From Pontiella sp. (GTDB taxonomy: Bacteria > Verrucomicrobiota > Kiritimatiellia > Kiritimatiellales > Pontiellaceae), in the NCBI GenBank assembly GCA_050290185.1, contig JBNKHE010000003.1:192001-256000 (forward strand): 64,000 nucleotides of DNA, in the 5' to 3' direction. The position numbers were made by a program, and so were the translations under genes. Shown one piece after another: positions 37,033 through 46,459 of the stretch (its first letter is position 1; each line of letters starts with the position of its first letter). The notes under the pieces are model-generated. The model was not told where the DNA came from. It worked only from the letters and a program-made list of their open reading frames with translations, and made no database searches.

Positions 37033-38622
37033 ATGAGTGCTGAAAACAAGGTCTTTATATACGATACGACGTTGCGGGATGGTGCGCAGGCGGAGGGGGT
37101 CAACTTCTCGCCGGTCGCGAAGATCCACGTAGCAAAGATGCTCGATTCGTTCGGGGTTGACTACATCGAGGGCGGCTATGCGGCCTCGAACCCGAAGGAC
37201 ATGGCTTTCTTCAAGGACATCAAAAAGGAAAACCTGAAGCATGCGAAGGTGGCCGCGTTCGGCAGCACCCGCCGTGCGAACGTCAAGGTCGAGGAAGACA
37301 AGGGCACGCTGGCCCTTATCGAGGCCGATACGGAGGTCTGCACCATATTCGGTAAAACCTGGCTGCTGCATGTAACCGAGGTTCTGAAAACCACACCGGA
37401 AGAAAATCTGGCGATGATCGAGGAAACCTGCCGTTTCCTGAAGGAGCATGGAAAGGAGGTCATCTACGACGCTGAGCACTTTTTTGACGGCTATAAGGAC
37501 AGCCCGGAATATGCCCTCCAATCATTGGAAGCCGCCGCCAAGGGTGGGGCGGACGTGCTGGTTTTATGCGATACCAACGGCGGTTGCCTGCCGCATGAGG
37601 TGTTTGAGATCACCACGCTGATCCGTGAAAAATTTGATGTAAACATCGGGGTACACACCCACAACGATTCGGAAACTGGCGTGGCCAATGCGATGGAAGC
37701 GGTGCGTGCCGGCGCTATGCAGGTGCAGGGAACGATCAATGGCTTTGGTGAGCGCTGCGGAAACTGTAACCTCGTTTCCGTCGTCGCCAATATCCTCGTG
37801 AAGACCGGCAAAACCTGTCTGGCTGATCCGGCTCAACTGAAGAATCTGAAGCTGCTTTCGCAATTCGTGAACGAGCAGGCCAACCTGCGCGATAACAAGC
37901 GCGCGGCGTTCGTGGGCGACAGTGCTTTTGCGCACAAGGCCGGCATGCACGTCGACGGCGTCCGCAAGGTGTCGCACAGTTTCGAACACGTGCCGCCGGA
38001 TACGGTGGGTAACACGCGCCGTATTCTGATCTCCGAACTTTCCGGAGCAAGCAACGTAATGGAAAAGCTGCTCGAGATGGGGCTCGATAACATCGATCGC
38101 AAATCGCCGGAGGTCCGGGAGATTCTCCAGACGATGGAAACGATGGAAAAGAGCGGCTATGTGTACGAAGCGGCCGACGCTTCGTTCAAGATGCTGATCA
38201 AGAAGGTGCTCAAGGAGCATAAGAGCTTCTTCGAACTGGAAGGTTTTCGCGTCATCGTCGAAAAGCGGAGTAAGGACGATCCCTGTACCTCGGAGGCCAC
38301 ACTCAAGTTGAAAGTAAGTGGTGACAAGCGCGCCTTTACGGTTGGTGAGGGTGATGGCCCGGTCGATGCCCTTAACATGGCGTTGCGCAATGCCTTGGCG
38401 GAATTCTATCCAAGCATCGCCGATGTTCAGCTGGCGGACTACCGTGTGAGCATCCTGGATCCCGAGGAAGCAACGGCGGCGAAGACGCGCGTGCATATCG
38501 AATCAACCGATGGAGACCAGTCGTGGGGCACGGTCGGCGTCTCGGAAAATATCATCGAAGCCTCCTGGGAAGCCCTCGTCGACGGCGTGGAATACAAGCT
38601 GTTCCTTGATGAGGAAAAGTGA
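37033..38622 (+). CDS. cimA: Citramalate synthase (LeuA-family, CimA type)
   Basis: YDTTLRDGAQAEG, YDAEHFFDG, HTHND, FAHKAGMH, LeuA regulatory domain. Confidence 0.88.
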   Translation: MSAENKVFIYDTTLRDGAQAEGVNFSPVAKIHVAKMLDSFGVDYIEGGYAASNPKDMAFFKDIKKENLKHAKVAAFGSTRRANVKVEEDKGTLALIEADTEVCTIFGKTWLLHVTEVLKTTPEENLAMIEETCRFLKEHGKEVIYDAEHFFDGYKDSPEYALQSLEAAAKGGADVLVLCDTNGGCLPHEVFEITTLIREKFDVNIGVHTHNDSETGVANAMEAVRAGAMQVQGTINGFGERCGNCNLVSVVANILVKTGKTCLADPAQLKNLKLLSQFVNEQANLRDNKRAAFVGDSAFAHKAGMHVDGVRKVSHSFEHVPPDTVGNTRRILISELSGASNVMEKLLEMGLDNIDRKSPEVREILQTMETMEKSGYVYEAADASFKMLIKKVLKEHKSFFELEGFRVIVEKRSKDDPCTSEATLKLKVSGDKRAFTVGEGDGPVDALNMALRNALAEFYPSIADVQLADYRVSILDPEEATAAKTRVHIESTDGDQSWGTVGVSENIIEASWEALVDGVEYKLFLDEEK

Positions 38623-38624
38623 TG

Positions 38625-38672
38625 CGTGAAACGTGATCAAAACTCACGTTTCACGACTCACTCGTCACGAAA
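38625..38672. repeat. Heptamer-periodic palindrome between cimA and valS
   Basis: CGTGAAACGTGA / TCACGTTTCACG 12-bp IR followed by further TCACnnn units. Confidence 0.75.
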
Positions 38673-38707
38673 TTACCCGTTTTACATACAACAGCTGGAT
38701 TGAAATT

Positions 38708-41359
38708 ATGGCAGAACTATCAAAAACATATGAGCCGAAGCAGGTTGAAGAAAAGTGGTATCAGAAATGGATGGCCGACGGACGTTTTCATAACGAAAGC
38801 GGCAATGGGGGGGATCCGTTCTGCATCGTTATTCCGCCGCCGAACGTAACCGGTATCCTGCACATGGGCCATGCCCTCAATAACAACATCCAGGATGTGC
38901 TCACGCGCGTCGCCCGCATGCAGGGCAAGAATACCGTATGGGTTCCTGGAACCGATCACGCCGGTATCGCTACGCAAAACGTGGTGGAACGCGCGCTGAA
39001 GAAAGAGGGCAAAACCCGCGACGACCTCGGCCGCGATAAATTTATCGAGCGCGTTTGGGAGTGGAAGCATGAATACGGTTCCACCATCTCCAATCAGCTT
39101 AAGAAGCTCGGCGCTTCGTGCGACTGGGAACGCGAACGTTTTACGATGGATGAAGGTCTGAGCGAGGCCGTTCTCGAAATCTTTTGCCGCCTCTACGACA
39201 AGGGTCTGATCTATCGCGGAAGCCGCATCATCAACTGGTGCCCGCGCTGTGAAACCGCACTGTCGGACGAAGAAAGCGAACACGTTGATGTGGAAGGTGC
39301 GCTCTACCATCTGCGCTATGCCGTAAAGGGTAAAAAGCAACGCATTGTTGTGGCCACCACGCGCCCCGAAACCATGCTGGGCGACACGGCGGTTGCGGTT
39401 AATCCCCGCGACGAACGCTATACAGACTTGATCGGGCAAGTGATTGTCCTGCCGATCACGAACCGTGAAATTCCGATCATTGCCGACGACTACGTCGATC
39501 CGGAATTCGGTACCGGTCTCGTGAAGATCACACCGGCCCACGACCCGAACGACTTTGAAATGGGATTGCGGCATGAGCTGCCACAGATCAATGTGATGAC
39601 CGATACCGGGATCATGAACGAGAATGCCGGCCCGTATGAAGGTATGGACCGCTTTGAATGCCGCAAACAGTTGATGGAAGATCTCAAGGCCGGCGGGCTG
39701 GTCGAAAAGGTCGAGGTGCATCATCATGCGGTCGGCCACTGCTATCGTTGCGATACGGTCGTTGAACCGCGCCTTTCCCCGCAGTGGTTCGTTAAGATGA
39801 AGCCACTGGCGCGCCCGGCGATCGAAGCCGTGAACGATGGCCGGATTAAGTTTGTTCCCGAACGCTGGAACAATACCTACATGAACTGGATGGAAAACAT
39901 CCGCGACTGGTGCATCTCGCGCCAGATCTGGTGGGGCCACCGCATCCCGATTTTCTATTGTGACGACTGCAATCACGAGTGGGCTGCAAAAACGTCGGCA
40001 ACATCCTGCCCGAAATGTTCGTCGTCCAACGTTCGTCAGGACGAGGACGTATTGGACACGTGGTTTTCCTCGTGGCTCTGGCCTTTCAGCGTGTTCAACT
40101 GGCCGGCCCAGAACGACGACCTGAACTTCTACTATCCATCCAAGACGCTTGTTACCGGCAACGAAATCATTTTCTTCTGGGTAGCGCGCATGATCATGTC
40201 CGGTCTGGAAGTGATGGGCGACATTCCGTTCGATACCGTCTACATCCACGGCACCGTACGCGACGACCAGGGCCGCAAGATGTCGAAGAGCCTGGGTAAT
40301 TCCATTGACCCGCTCGACATCATCGAAAAATACAGTTCCGACGCACTGCGCTTCTCGCTGCTGATGATTACGGCGACCGGGCAGGACGTTTACATCAACG
40401 ATGAAAAGTTCGAGATTGGCCGCAACTTCGGCACCAAGATATGGAATGCCGCGCGTTTCATGGAGATGCATTCGGAAGGATTCGACGTTAAGGACCTGAC
40501 CTTCAGCAATGATGATCTGACTCCGGACGACCAGCATCTGCTGGCCAAGCTTAACGAGGCGATTGCGTCGGTAAACGACAATCTGCAACGCTACCGCTTT
40601 AACGATGCGACGCTGGCGCTCTATGATTTCTTCTGGCACAGCTACTGCGACTGGTATCTGGAATATGCCAAGCCGATCCTCTACAAGGGTTCGCCGGAAC
40701 AGAAGAAGCACACATTGCAGGTGATGCACTTCACCTTCTCGACGTCGTTGCGCCTGCTGCATCCGTTCATGCCGTTCCAGACCGAAGAGCTGTGGCATGG
40801 CATGGGATATAACCACGAAGATGAAAGTATCATGGTTGCCCCGTGGCCGGAAAATGCGATTGCGTCCGGCATCAACCCTGCCATCGTAAAGTATGTTGAC
40901 GGAAAGCACGACCTCGTGCGCGTCGGCCGCATTCTGCGGGCGGAATACAATCTGGCTAACAAGCAGGAAGCCAGGTTCTGCGTGCGCGCCGGCAACGCCG
41001 AATATGCCCAGCAGATCGAGGACGACAAGGAATCGATCATGGCGGCCCTCAAGGCCGAAAGTATTCAGGTTGATGTCAACTTTACACCCCAGGGCGCGAT
41101 GCCGAGCGGCATCAGCACACTGGGGGCGGTCTACATGTCGATCGAAGGGTTGGTCGATGTCGACGCCGAGATCGAGAAGCTAACCAAAGAGTTGAGCGAA
41201 GTGAACGGGCATCTGGCCAACGTGAAGCAAAAGCTTTCCAACGAAAACTTTGTGAACCGTGCGCCGAAGGAAGTGGTCTCCGTTCAGGAAAAACGCCAGG
41301 AAGAACTGCGGGAAAAGAGCGAAAAGCTGGCCAAGATGATCGAAACGATGAAAGGCTGA
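38708..41359 (+). CDS. valS: Valine--tRNA ligase
   Basis: PPPNVTGILHMGH, DWCISRQIWWGH, KMSKS, C-terminal coiled coil. Confidence 0.97.
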   Translation: MAELSKTYEPKQVEEKWYQKWMADGRFHNESGNGGDPFCIVIPPPNVTGILHMGHALNNNIQDVLTRVARMQGKNTVWVPGTDHAGIATQNVVERALKKEGKTRDDLGRDKFIERVWEWKHEYGSTISNQLKKLGASCDWERERFTMDEGLSEAVLEIFCRLYDKGLIYRGSRIINWCPRCETALSDEESEHVDVEGALYHLRYAVKGKKQRIVVATTRPETMLGDTAVAVNPRDERYTDLIGQVIVLPITNREIPIIADDYVDPEFGTGLVKITPAHDPNDFEMGLRHELPQINVMTDTGIMNENAGPYEGMDRFECRKQLMEDLKAGGLVEKVEVHHHAVGHCYRCDTVVEPRLSPQWFVKMKPLARPAIEAVNDGRIKFVPERWNNTYMNWMENIRDWCISRQIWWGHRIPIFYCDDCNHEWAAKTSATSCPKCSSSNVRQDEDVLDTWFSSWLWPFSVFNWPAQNDDLNFYYPSKTLVTGNEIIFFWVARMIMSGLEVMGDIPFDTVYIHGTVRDDQGRKMSKSLGNSIDPLDIIEKYSSDALRFSLLMITATGQDVYINDEKFEIGRNFGTKIWNAARFMEMHSEGFDVKDLTFSNDDLTPDDQHLLAKLNEAIASVNDNLQRYRFNDATLALYDFFWHSYCDWYLEYAKPILYKGSPEQKKHTLQVMHFTFSTSLRLLHPFMPFQTEELWHGMGYNHEDESIMVAPWPENAIASGINPAIVKYVDGKHDLVRVGRILRAEYNLANKQEARFCVRAGNAEYAQQIEDDKESIMAALKAESIQVDVNFTPQGAMPSGISTLGAVYMSIEGLVDVDAEIEKLTKELSEVNGHLANVKQKLSNENFVNRAPKEVVSVQEKRQEELREKSEKLAKMIETMKG

Positions 41360-41440
41360 GCGGATCCGGGGGCTCGTTTGTTCCCGAGGCATCGCTTCCT
41401 AATAAATCCGGGATGGCATCCTGTTTTCCGGTTCCAGGGC

Positions 41441-41878
41441 TCAGGGCGTTTCGGCGGTTTCCAGTTCGCAGACTTTTTCAAGGGCGGCGATCGCGTTTTT
41501 CGCCTCGTAGTCCTTGAGCTGTTCGGCGAGGTCTTCCAAAACGGGGATCAGCGGAGAAACGGTTTCCATCCATTGTTTCCGTTGAACGGGGTTGTCCTTT
41601 GTCGAGCGAAGGATGCTGGCGAAAAGATTCTTCAAAGTGTCGGCCGCGTTTCGGCTGGTTTCCGGGTCGGTCAGGCAAGAGGAAAACGCATCGGTGGGAA
41701 AAGGATCCTGTTTGGTCAGAAAGGGCAGGGCCGCGATCCTGATAAAGCTGTCTTTTCCCGTTGTATCCAGAGCGACTTTTTCCGCCAGTTCGGGGTCGAC
41801 GCCGTCTTTCTTCAAGGCGATTTCGAACGCGGTTTTCCGAACAATCGGGCTAAGCGATCGATCATTGAGCAACTGCAT
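41441..41878 (-). CDS. Hypothetical alpha-helical (HEAT-like) protein, possibly a gene fragment
   Basis: Helical repeats (IVRKTAFEIAL, FIRIAALPFL); no clear RBS. Confidence 0.4.
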   Translation of the reverse strand: MQLLNDRSLSPIVRKTAFEIALKKDGVDPELAEKVALDTTGKDSFIRIAALPFLTKQDPFPTDAFSSCLTDPETSRNAADTLKNLFASILRSTKDNPVQRKQWMETVSPLIPVLEDLAEQLKDYEAKNAIAALEKVCELETAETP

Positions 41879-42101
41879 GGCAAAGGGGAGGCTGGCGCCA
41901 CCGGCACGGTCCCGTGTTCTGGGTGATCTACACGGTCAGAAACCGTTCCTGTGGCTGGCCGCTAAGTGGCTCGAAAAACAGAATTAATCAAGGTGAGGCT
42001 CTTCAAAATTACTATTTTTTGTTTTGCCCAGACAGAGTTCTGCTATGTTCGCCGCTGATTTGCCGAAAGAACCCATAAATTTAGGGGAAACGGAGATTTT
42101 T

Positions 42102-42977
42102 ATGAGTACAGAGACCGATGTAAGGCCGGCCCGCATTCCCGACTGGATGCGTCGTCCGATTCAGACCGATAAGGAATATGCGGAAACGCATCGCGCTTTG
42201 AAGAAAAACGGGCTGCATACCGTTTGCGAGGACGCCAAGTGCCCGAACCGCCACGAGTGCTGGAATCATGGCACGGCGACCGTAATGATTCTAGGCAACA
42301 TCTGTACACGGGATTGCCGTTTCTGTTCGATCGCCACCGGGAAGCCGGAGGGGTTGGACACCGATGAACCCCGTCGCGTGGCCGACGCTGTTGAGAAGAT
42401 GAACCTGAAACACGTGGTCATCACCAGCGTAACGCGCGATGACGTGCTGGATGGCGGGTCGGAAATCTTTGCCCAGACCATTTCGGCGGTGAAGGAGCGT
42501 GTGCCCGGAATCACAGTGGAAGTGCTGACGCCGGATTTCTGGGGGCGTAAGGAAAGTCTCTACAAGGTGCTCGATGCAGGACCGATCGTATTCAATCATA
42601 ACATTGAAACCGTGAAGCGTCTCCAACGCTCGATCCGTTCGGGCGCAACGTATGAACGCTCCATGTCGATTCTCCGTTATGCGTCGGAATACGGCGACGG
42701 CGCGATCAAGGTGAAATCGGGTATTATGCTCGGTCTTGGTGAAACCAATGAAGAGGTTTCCGAAACCATGCAGGATCTTTACGACAACGGTGTCCGGTTG
42801 CTGACGATCGGACAGTACATGGCTCCGACGCGCGACCACGCCCATACCAAGCGCTTTGTGACTCCACGGGAGTTTGTTGATTTCGAAGATGAGGCTTATC
42901 GTATTGGATTCGATGCCGTCGCATCCGGTCCGCTGGTCCGCTCGTCCTACCGTGCCGACAAGATGGTTAGCGTATGA
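42102..42977 (+). CDS. lipA: Lipoyl synthase
   Basis: CEDAKCPNRHEC, CTRDCRFC, VRSSY. Confidence 0.96.
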   Translation: MSTETDVRPARIPDWMRRPIQTDKEYAETHRALKKNGLHTVCEDAKCPNRHECWNHGTATVMILGNICTRDCRFCSIATGKPEGLDTDEPRRVADAVEKMNLKHVVITSVTRDDVLDGGSEIFAQTISAVKERVPGITVEVLTPDFWGRKESLYKVLDAGPIVFNHNIETVKRLQRSIRSGATYERSMSILRYASEYGDGAIKVKSGIMLGLGETNEEVSETMQDLYDNGVRLLTIGQYMAPTRDHAHTKRFVTPREFVDFEDEAYRIGFDAVASGPLVRSSYRADKMVSV

Positions 42978-43696
42978 AGCGACTCTTCCAGATGGTTGCA
43001 GTGTTCTTCCTGCTGCTTGCCGTGTGCGGCCGAGCCGAGATTGCCTCGGTTGACGCATCTTCCGCAGGTTCCGGTGTCGAAGACCAGAAACCGCATATCG
43101 GGGAGCGGATTGCTCTCCAGCTGGAAGAACGAGGCGTTAGCCGCCCTGTAGCGATTGCGGCGATTTCCACATTGCCGATTGTGGAATTGCGTGGTGCGGT
43201 GCCGGTTGGACACATTCTTTACGATACGGGTGCGCTGGAAACATCGGCAAAGGTAAAGCGATCCCTGATGGTGTATGCGGTCGCGGTTGTCGGAAACATG
43301 CTGCCCATCCCATTCATTCTCCTATTGCTGGGCCCCCTCTCGAACTTCCTGATGCGCTTCAAGCTGGGCAAGACGTTTATTGATTGGCTGTTTGCACGGA
43401 CCCGTAGCAAAAGTGCGAATATCGAGAAGTATGAAGAGCTTGGGTTGACGATTTTTGTGGCGATTCCACTACCGGTGACCGGCGCATGGACGGGGGCGAT
43501 GGCCGCTTTTCTGATGGGCTTGCCGTTTTGGAAGTCGATGCTCTTTATTCTTCTGGGTGTGATGATTGCCGGGGTGATTATGACGATTCTGTCGCTGATG
43601 GGATGGTTGGGTGCGATCATCGCCGGCACGGTATTGCTTGCATTGGTTGCAAGTGCTGTTTTAAAAAGCTTTAACAACAAAGAGGTGAAGCAATGA
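42974..43696 (+). CDS. Small multidrug-export-like membrane protein (COG2426-like)
   Basis: LPIVELRGAVP and FVAIPLPVTGAWTG motifs. Confidence 0.8.
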   Translation: MKRLFQMVAVFFLLLAVCGRAEIASVDASSAGSGVEDQKPHIGERIALQLEERGVSRPVAIAAISTLPIVELRGAVPVGHILYDTGALETSAKVKRSLMVYAVAVVGNMLPIPFILLLLGPLSNFLMRFKLGKTFIDWLFARTRSKSANIEKYEELGLTIFVAIPLPVTGAWTGAMAAFLMGLPFWKSMLFILLGVMIAGVIMTILSLMGWLGAIIAGTVLLALVASAVLKSFNNKEVKQ

Positions 43697-43947
43697 CAGA
43701 TCAGGAAATCTTGGACGCCGTCAATGTGGTCATGGACGAGGAAGTCTCGCCGGCGCTGGCTTCCCATGGCGGAGGCGGAACCGTAACAAAGGTGGAACAC
43801 GGTGTGGTTTTCATCGAGCTGGAAGGCGGCTGCAAAGGATGCCCCGGCGCACGTATGACGATGAAGAACGGTATCGAGGCACTGCTTAAAGAACGGGTAC
43901 CAGAGGTAAAGGAAGTGGTCGACGATACGGATCACATGTATGGTTAG
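43693..43947 (+). CDS. NifU/NfuA C-terminal domain protein
   Basis: VSPALASHGGG, GGCKGCP. Confidence 0.9.
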   Translation: MTDQEILDAVNVVMDEEVSPALASHGGGGTVTKVEHGVVFIELEGGCKGCPGARMTMKNGIEALLKERVPEVKEVVDDTDHMYG

Positions 43948-43976
43948 ACCTGTGGCTATGTTCCGATGCCATGCTT

Positions 43977-44014
43977 TACGCACCGATCAGTATTCATACG
44001 TCGGTGCGTTTTTG
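43977..44014 (+). terminator. Intrinsic terminator
   Basis: ACGCACCGA...TCGGTGCGTTTTT. Confidence 0.7.
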
Positions 44015-44123
44015 CTATGGGCTTGTGTTGTGAAATAAATTGAACCCTTAATGCCGATTTGCCAGTATCCGAGGCCGTGGAGTAGCGTTACCGCTCGCGC
44101 ACGCTCCGAGTGGAGACCCTGTA

Positions 44124-46379
44124 ATGAAAATTCTGATTGCTGAAGACAACGCATTTTCTCGAACGCTCTTGAAAAAAACTCTCGTAAAGGCGGGATACGA
44201 TGCCGTTGTTGCCGAGAATGGTGATAAGGCCTGGGAGGCGCTGCAGCAGGATGATCCTCCAAAGCTGGCGCTGATCGACTGGATGATGCCCGGCATGAGT
44301 GGCATTGAGCTGTGCCGCAAGATTCGCGAACTTGAAAATCCGATTCCGATCTATGTGATCCTGTTGACGGCTAAAACGGATAAGGAAGACGTTCTTGAAG
44401 GTTTTGCGGCCGGAGCGGATGATTTCATCAAGAAACCCTTCGACAGCGGTGAGTTGCTTGCGCGTATACAGGTGGGGCGCCGTCTTGTTGAGCAACAGGC
44501 GTTGATGCACTGTCTGATTGATTCGCTTCCCGATCCGATTTATGTGAAAGACAACCGCGGTCTGTACATTGGCTGCAACAAGGCCTACGCCGAGTTTGTC
44601 GGGTCGGATCCCAGCCATATCTATGGCCGCACGGCGGCTGAAGTACTGAAGAACGAGGTTGCGCAGAGCTTGCATATGGAGGACCTGAGGGTTCTTGCAA
44701 ATGGTGAAACGGTCGAGACCGAAGGATGGGTGGACAACGCCACAGGAAAGAAAGTCTACCACGATACCGTCAAGATACCCTATCTGGAATCCTCGGCGGG
44801 ATCTTCGGGGATGATTGGCATCAGCCGGGATTTTACCAAGCGCATAGAGATGGAGCAGGAAATGCGGCGTTTGGCGGTGGCCGTGGAGCAGTCTACCGAG
44901 TCGATCATGATCACCGATGTCAAAGGACGCATTCTGTATGTGAACGCCGCCTTTGAAACAATTTCCGGCTATTCGTCCAGCGAGGCTGTCGGCGAATCTC
45001 CGGCCCTGGTGCAAAGTGGCCAGCACGATGAGGCCTTCTACAAGGAACTGTGGACAACCATTTCGGCCGGCAATACCTGGGAAGGCCGTTTCACGAATCG
45101 TAGGAAGGATGGGGACCTTTACCATGTAGATGGGGTCATTTATCCCATCCGCGATGCGAACGACGAGGTGGTGAACTATGTGGAGATCAGTCGTGACATC
45201 ACCCAGGAAATGGCCATTGAAAAACACCTGCGCCAGCAACAGAAAATGAATGCGGTTGGCGAGCTGGCCGGCGGGGTGTCCCATGACTTCAACAATATCC
45301 TCACGGCAATTCTCGGTTACGTGGCGCTTTGTCTGAATACGGTGGAAGAGGACAGCAAGACCTACAAGTATCTGCAGGAAATCCTCAAGGCCGGAGACCG
45401 TGCGGCCAAACTGGTGCGTCAGATTCTCACCTTCAGCCGGCAAGAAGAACAGCAATTCCACGCGCTGGAGCTTCAGCCGATTATTGAGGATTCGCTCAGT
45501 CTGGTGCAAACCACCATGAAGAAGAACATTACCCTCCAAAAGGACATCGATCCGGATTGCGGCCCGATACAGGGAGATACCACACAGCTTCAGCAGGTCA
45601 TCGTCAATCTTTGTACCAATGCGGTACATGCCCTGGGTCGGGACGGAGCAGGATCATTGTCGGTTTCGCTCAAGGAAGTGGTCGCCTCGGATAAGAATCC
45701 GCTCGAGCAGGCCCTCGAACTTCCGGCGGGGCCTTACGCCTGCCTGATGGTGAGTGATACGGGTTGCGGTATGTCAGCTGAAGTACAGGACCGGATCTTT
45801 GAACCTTATTTTACCACGAAAAAATCGGGCGAGGGGACGGGGTTCGGTTTGTCCATTGTGCATGGTATCGTGCGGAAGCATCAGGGAGTCATCACTGTGC
45901 GGAGCGAGGAGGGGCAGGGCACAACGTTTACGTTGTATTTCCCGTTGCTGTCGGGAAAACCCGTTGAAGCGAAAAAGGCGAATGTAAACAGCGGGACAGA
46001 GCGCGAAACCGGTTGTGGCCGCCTGCTCTTTGTGGATGATGATCAGACCATACTTTCCATGGGGCGTGAAATTCTCGAATCCTACGGATATACCATTGTG
46101 ACCGCGACGAACGGCAAGCGGGCCATCGAGATATTCAAACAGGATCCGGATGGATTCGATGCCTTGGTGACCGACTACAGCATGCCGCAAATGAACGGTC
46201 ATGAGTTGATCCGGGAGGTCATGGCTGTTCGCAATGATATTCCTGCGATCCTTTGCAGTGGATACATGGAAAAGGTGGATGGGGAAGATCTCGGCCGGCT
46301 TGGTCATACGGCATATATGGCCAAACCGCTGGACTGGCGAGCGCTTAGCCGTACGATCCGTGAAGGGATTGGGCGGTAA
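44124..46379 (+). CDS. Hybrid sensor kinase (REC-PAS-PAS-HisKA-HATPase-REC)
   Basis: DWMMPG receiver, two PAS domains, [20 protein letters not shown]-terminal receiver. Confidence 0.92.
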   Translation: MKILIAEDNAFSRTLLKKTLVKAGYDAVVAENGDKAWEALQQDDPPKLALIDWMMPGMSGIELCRKIRELENPIPIYVILLTAKTDKEDVLEGFAAGADDFIKKPFDSGELLARIQVGRRLVEQQALMHCLIDSLPDPIYVKDNRGLYIGCNKAYAEFVGSDPSHIYGRTAAEVLKNEVAQSLHMEDLRVLANGETVETEGWVDNATGKKVYHDTVKIPYLESSAGSSGMIGISRDFTKRIEMEQEMRRLAVAVEQSTESIMITDVKGRILYVNAAFETISGYSSSEAVGESPALVQSGQHDEAFYKELWTTISAGNTWEGRFTNRRKDGDLYHVDGVIYPIRDANDEVVNYVEISRDITQEMAIEKHLRQQQKMNAVGELAGGVSHDFNNILTAILGYVALCLNTVEEDSKTYKYLQEILKAGDRAAKLVRQILTFSRQEEQQFHALELQPIIEDSLSLVQTTMKKNITLQKDIDPDCGPIQGDTTQLQQVIVNLCTNAVHALGRDGAGSLSVSLKEVVASDKNPLEQALELPAGPYACLMVSDTGCGMSAEVQDRIFEPYFTTKKSGEGTGFGLSIVHGIVRKHQGVITVRSEEGQGTTFTLYFPLLSGKPVEAKKANVNSGTERETGCGRLLFVDDDQTILSMGREILESYGYTIVTATNGKRAIEIFKQDPDGFDALVTDYSMPQMNGHELIREVMAVRNDIPAILCSGYMEKVDGEDLGRLGHTAYMAKPLDWRALSRTIREGIGR

Positions 46380-46412
46380 AAAACATCCTGTTTTGTTTCA
46401 TTGTTCCTAAGG

Positions 46413-46428
46413 TGGCACCATAGTTGCT
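46413..46428 (+). promoter_or_regulatory. Sigma-54 promoter of pilT
   Basis: Exact consensus TGGCAC-CATAG-TTGCT, 31 nt before the ATG. Confidence 0.75.
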
Positions 46429-46459
46429 AATCTCCATATGCAACATTTAAGGGTACTCC

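Noticed and set aside
38720..40909. 729-aa minus-strand ORF (similarly 44088-45629, 46427-48025, 4570-5613, 13432-14460 and 58192-59274)
   Set aside because: Antisense shadows of well-identified genes (valS, hybrid kinase, pilT, cysK, truA, hydrolase); no recognisable motifs
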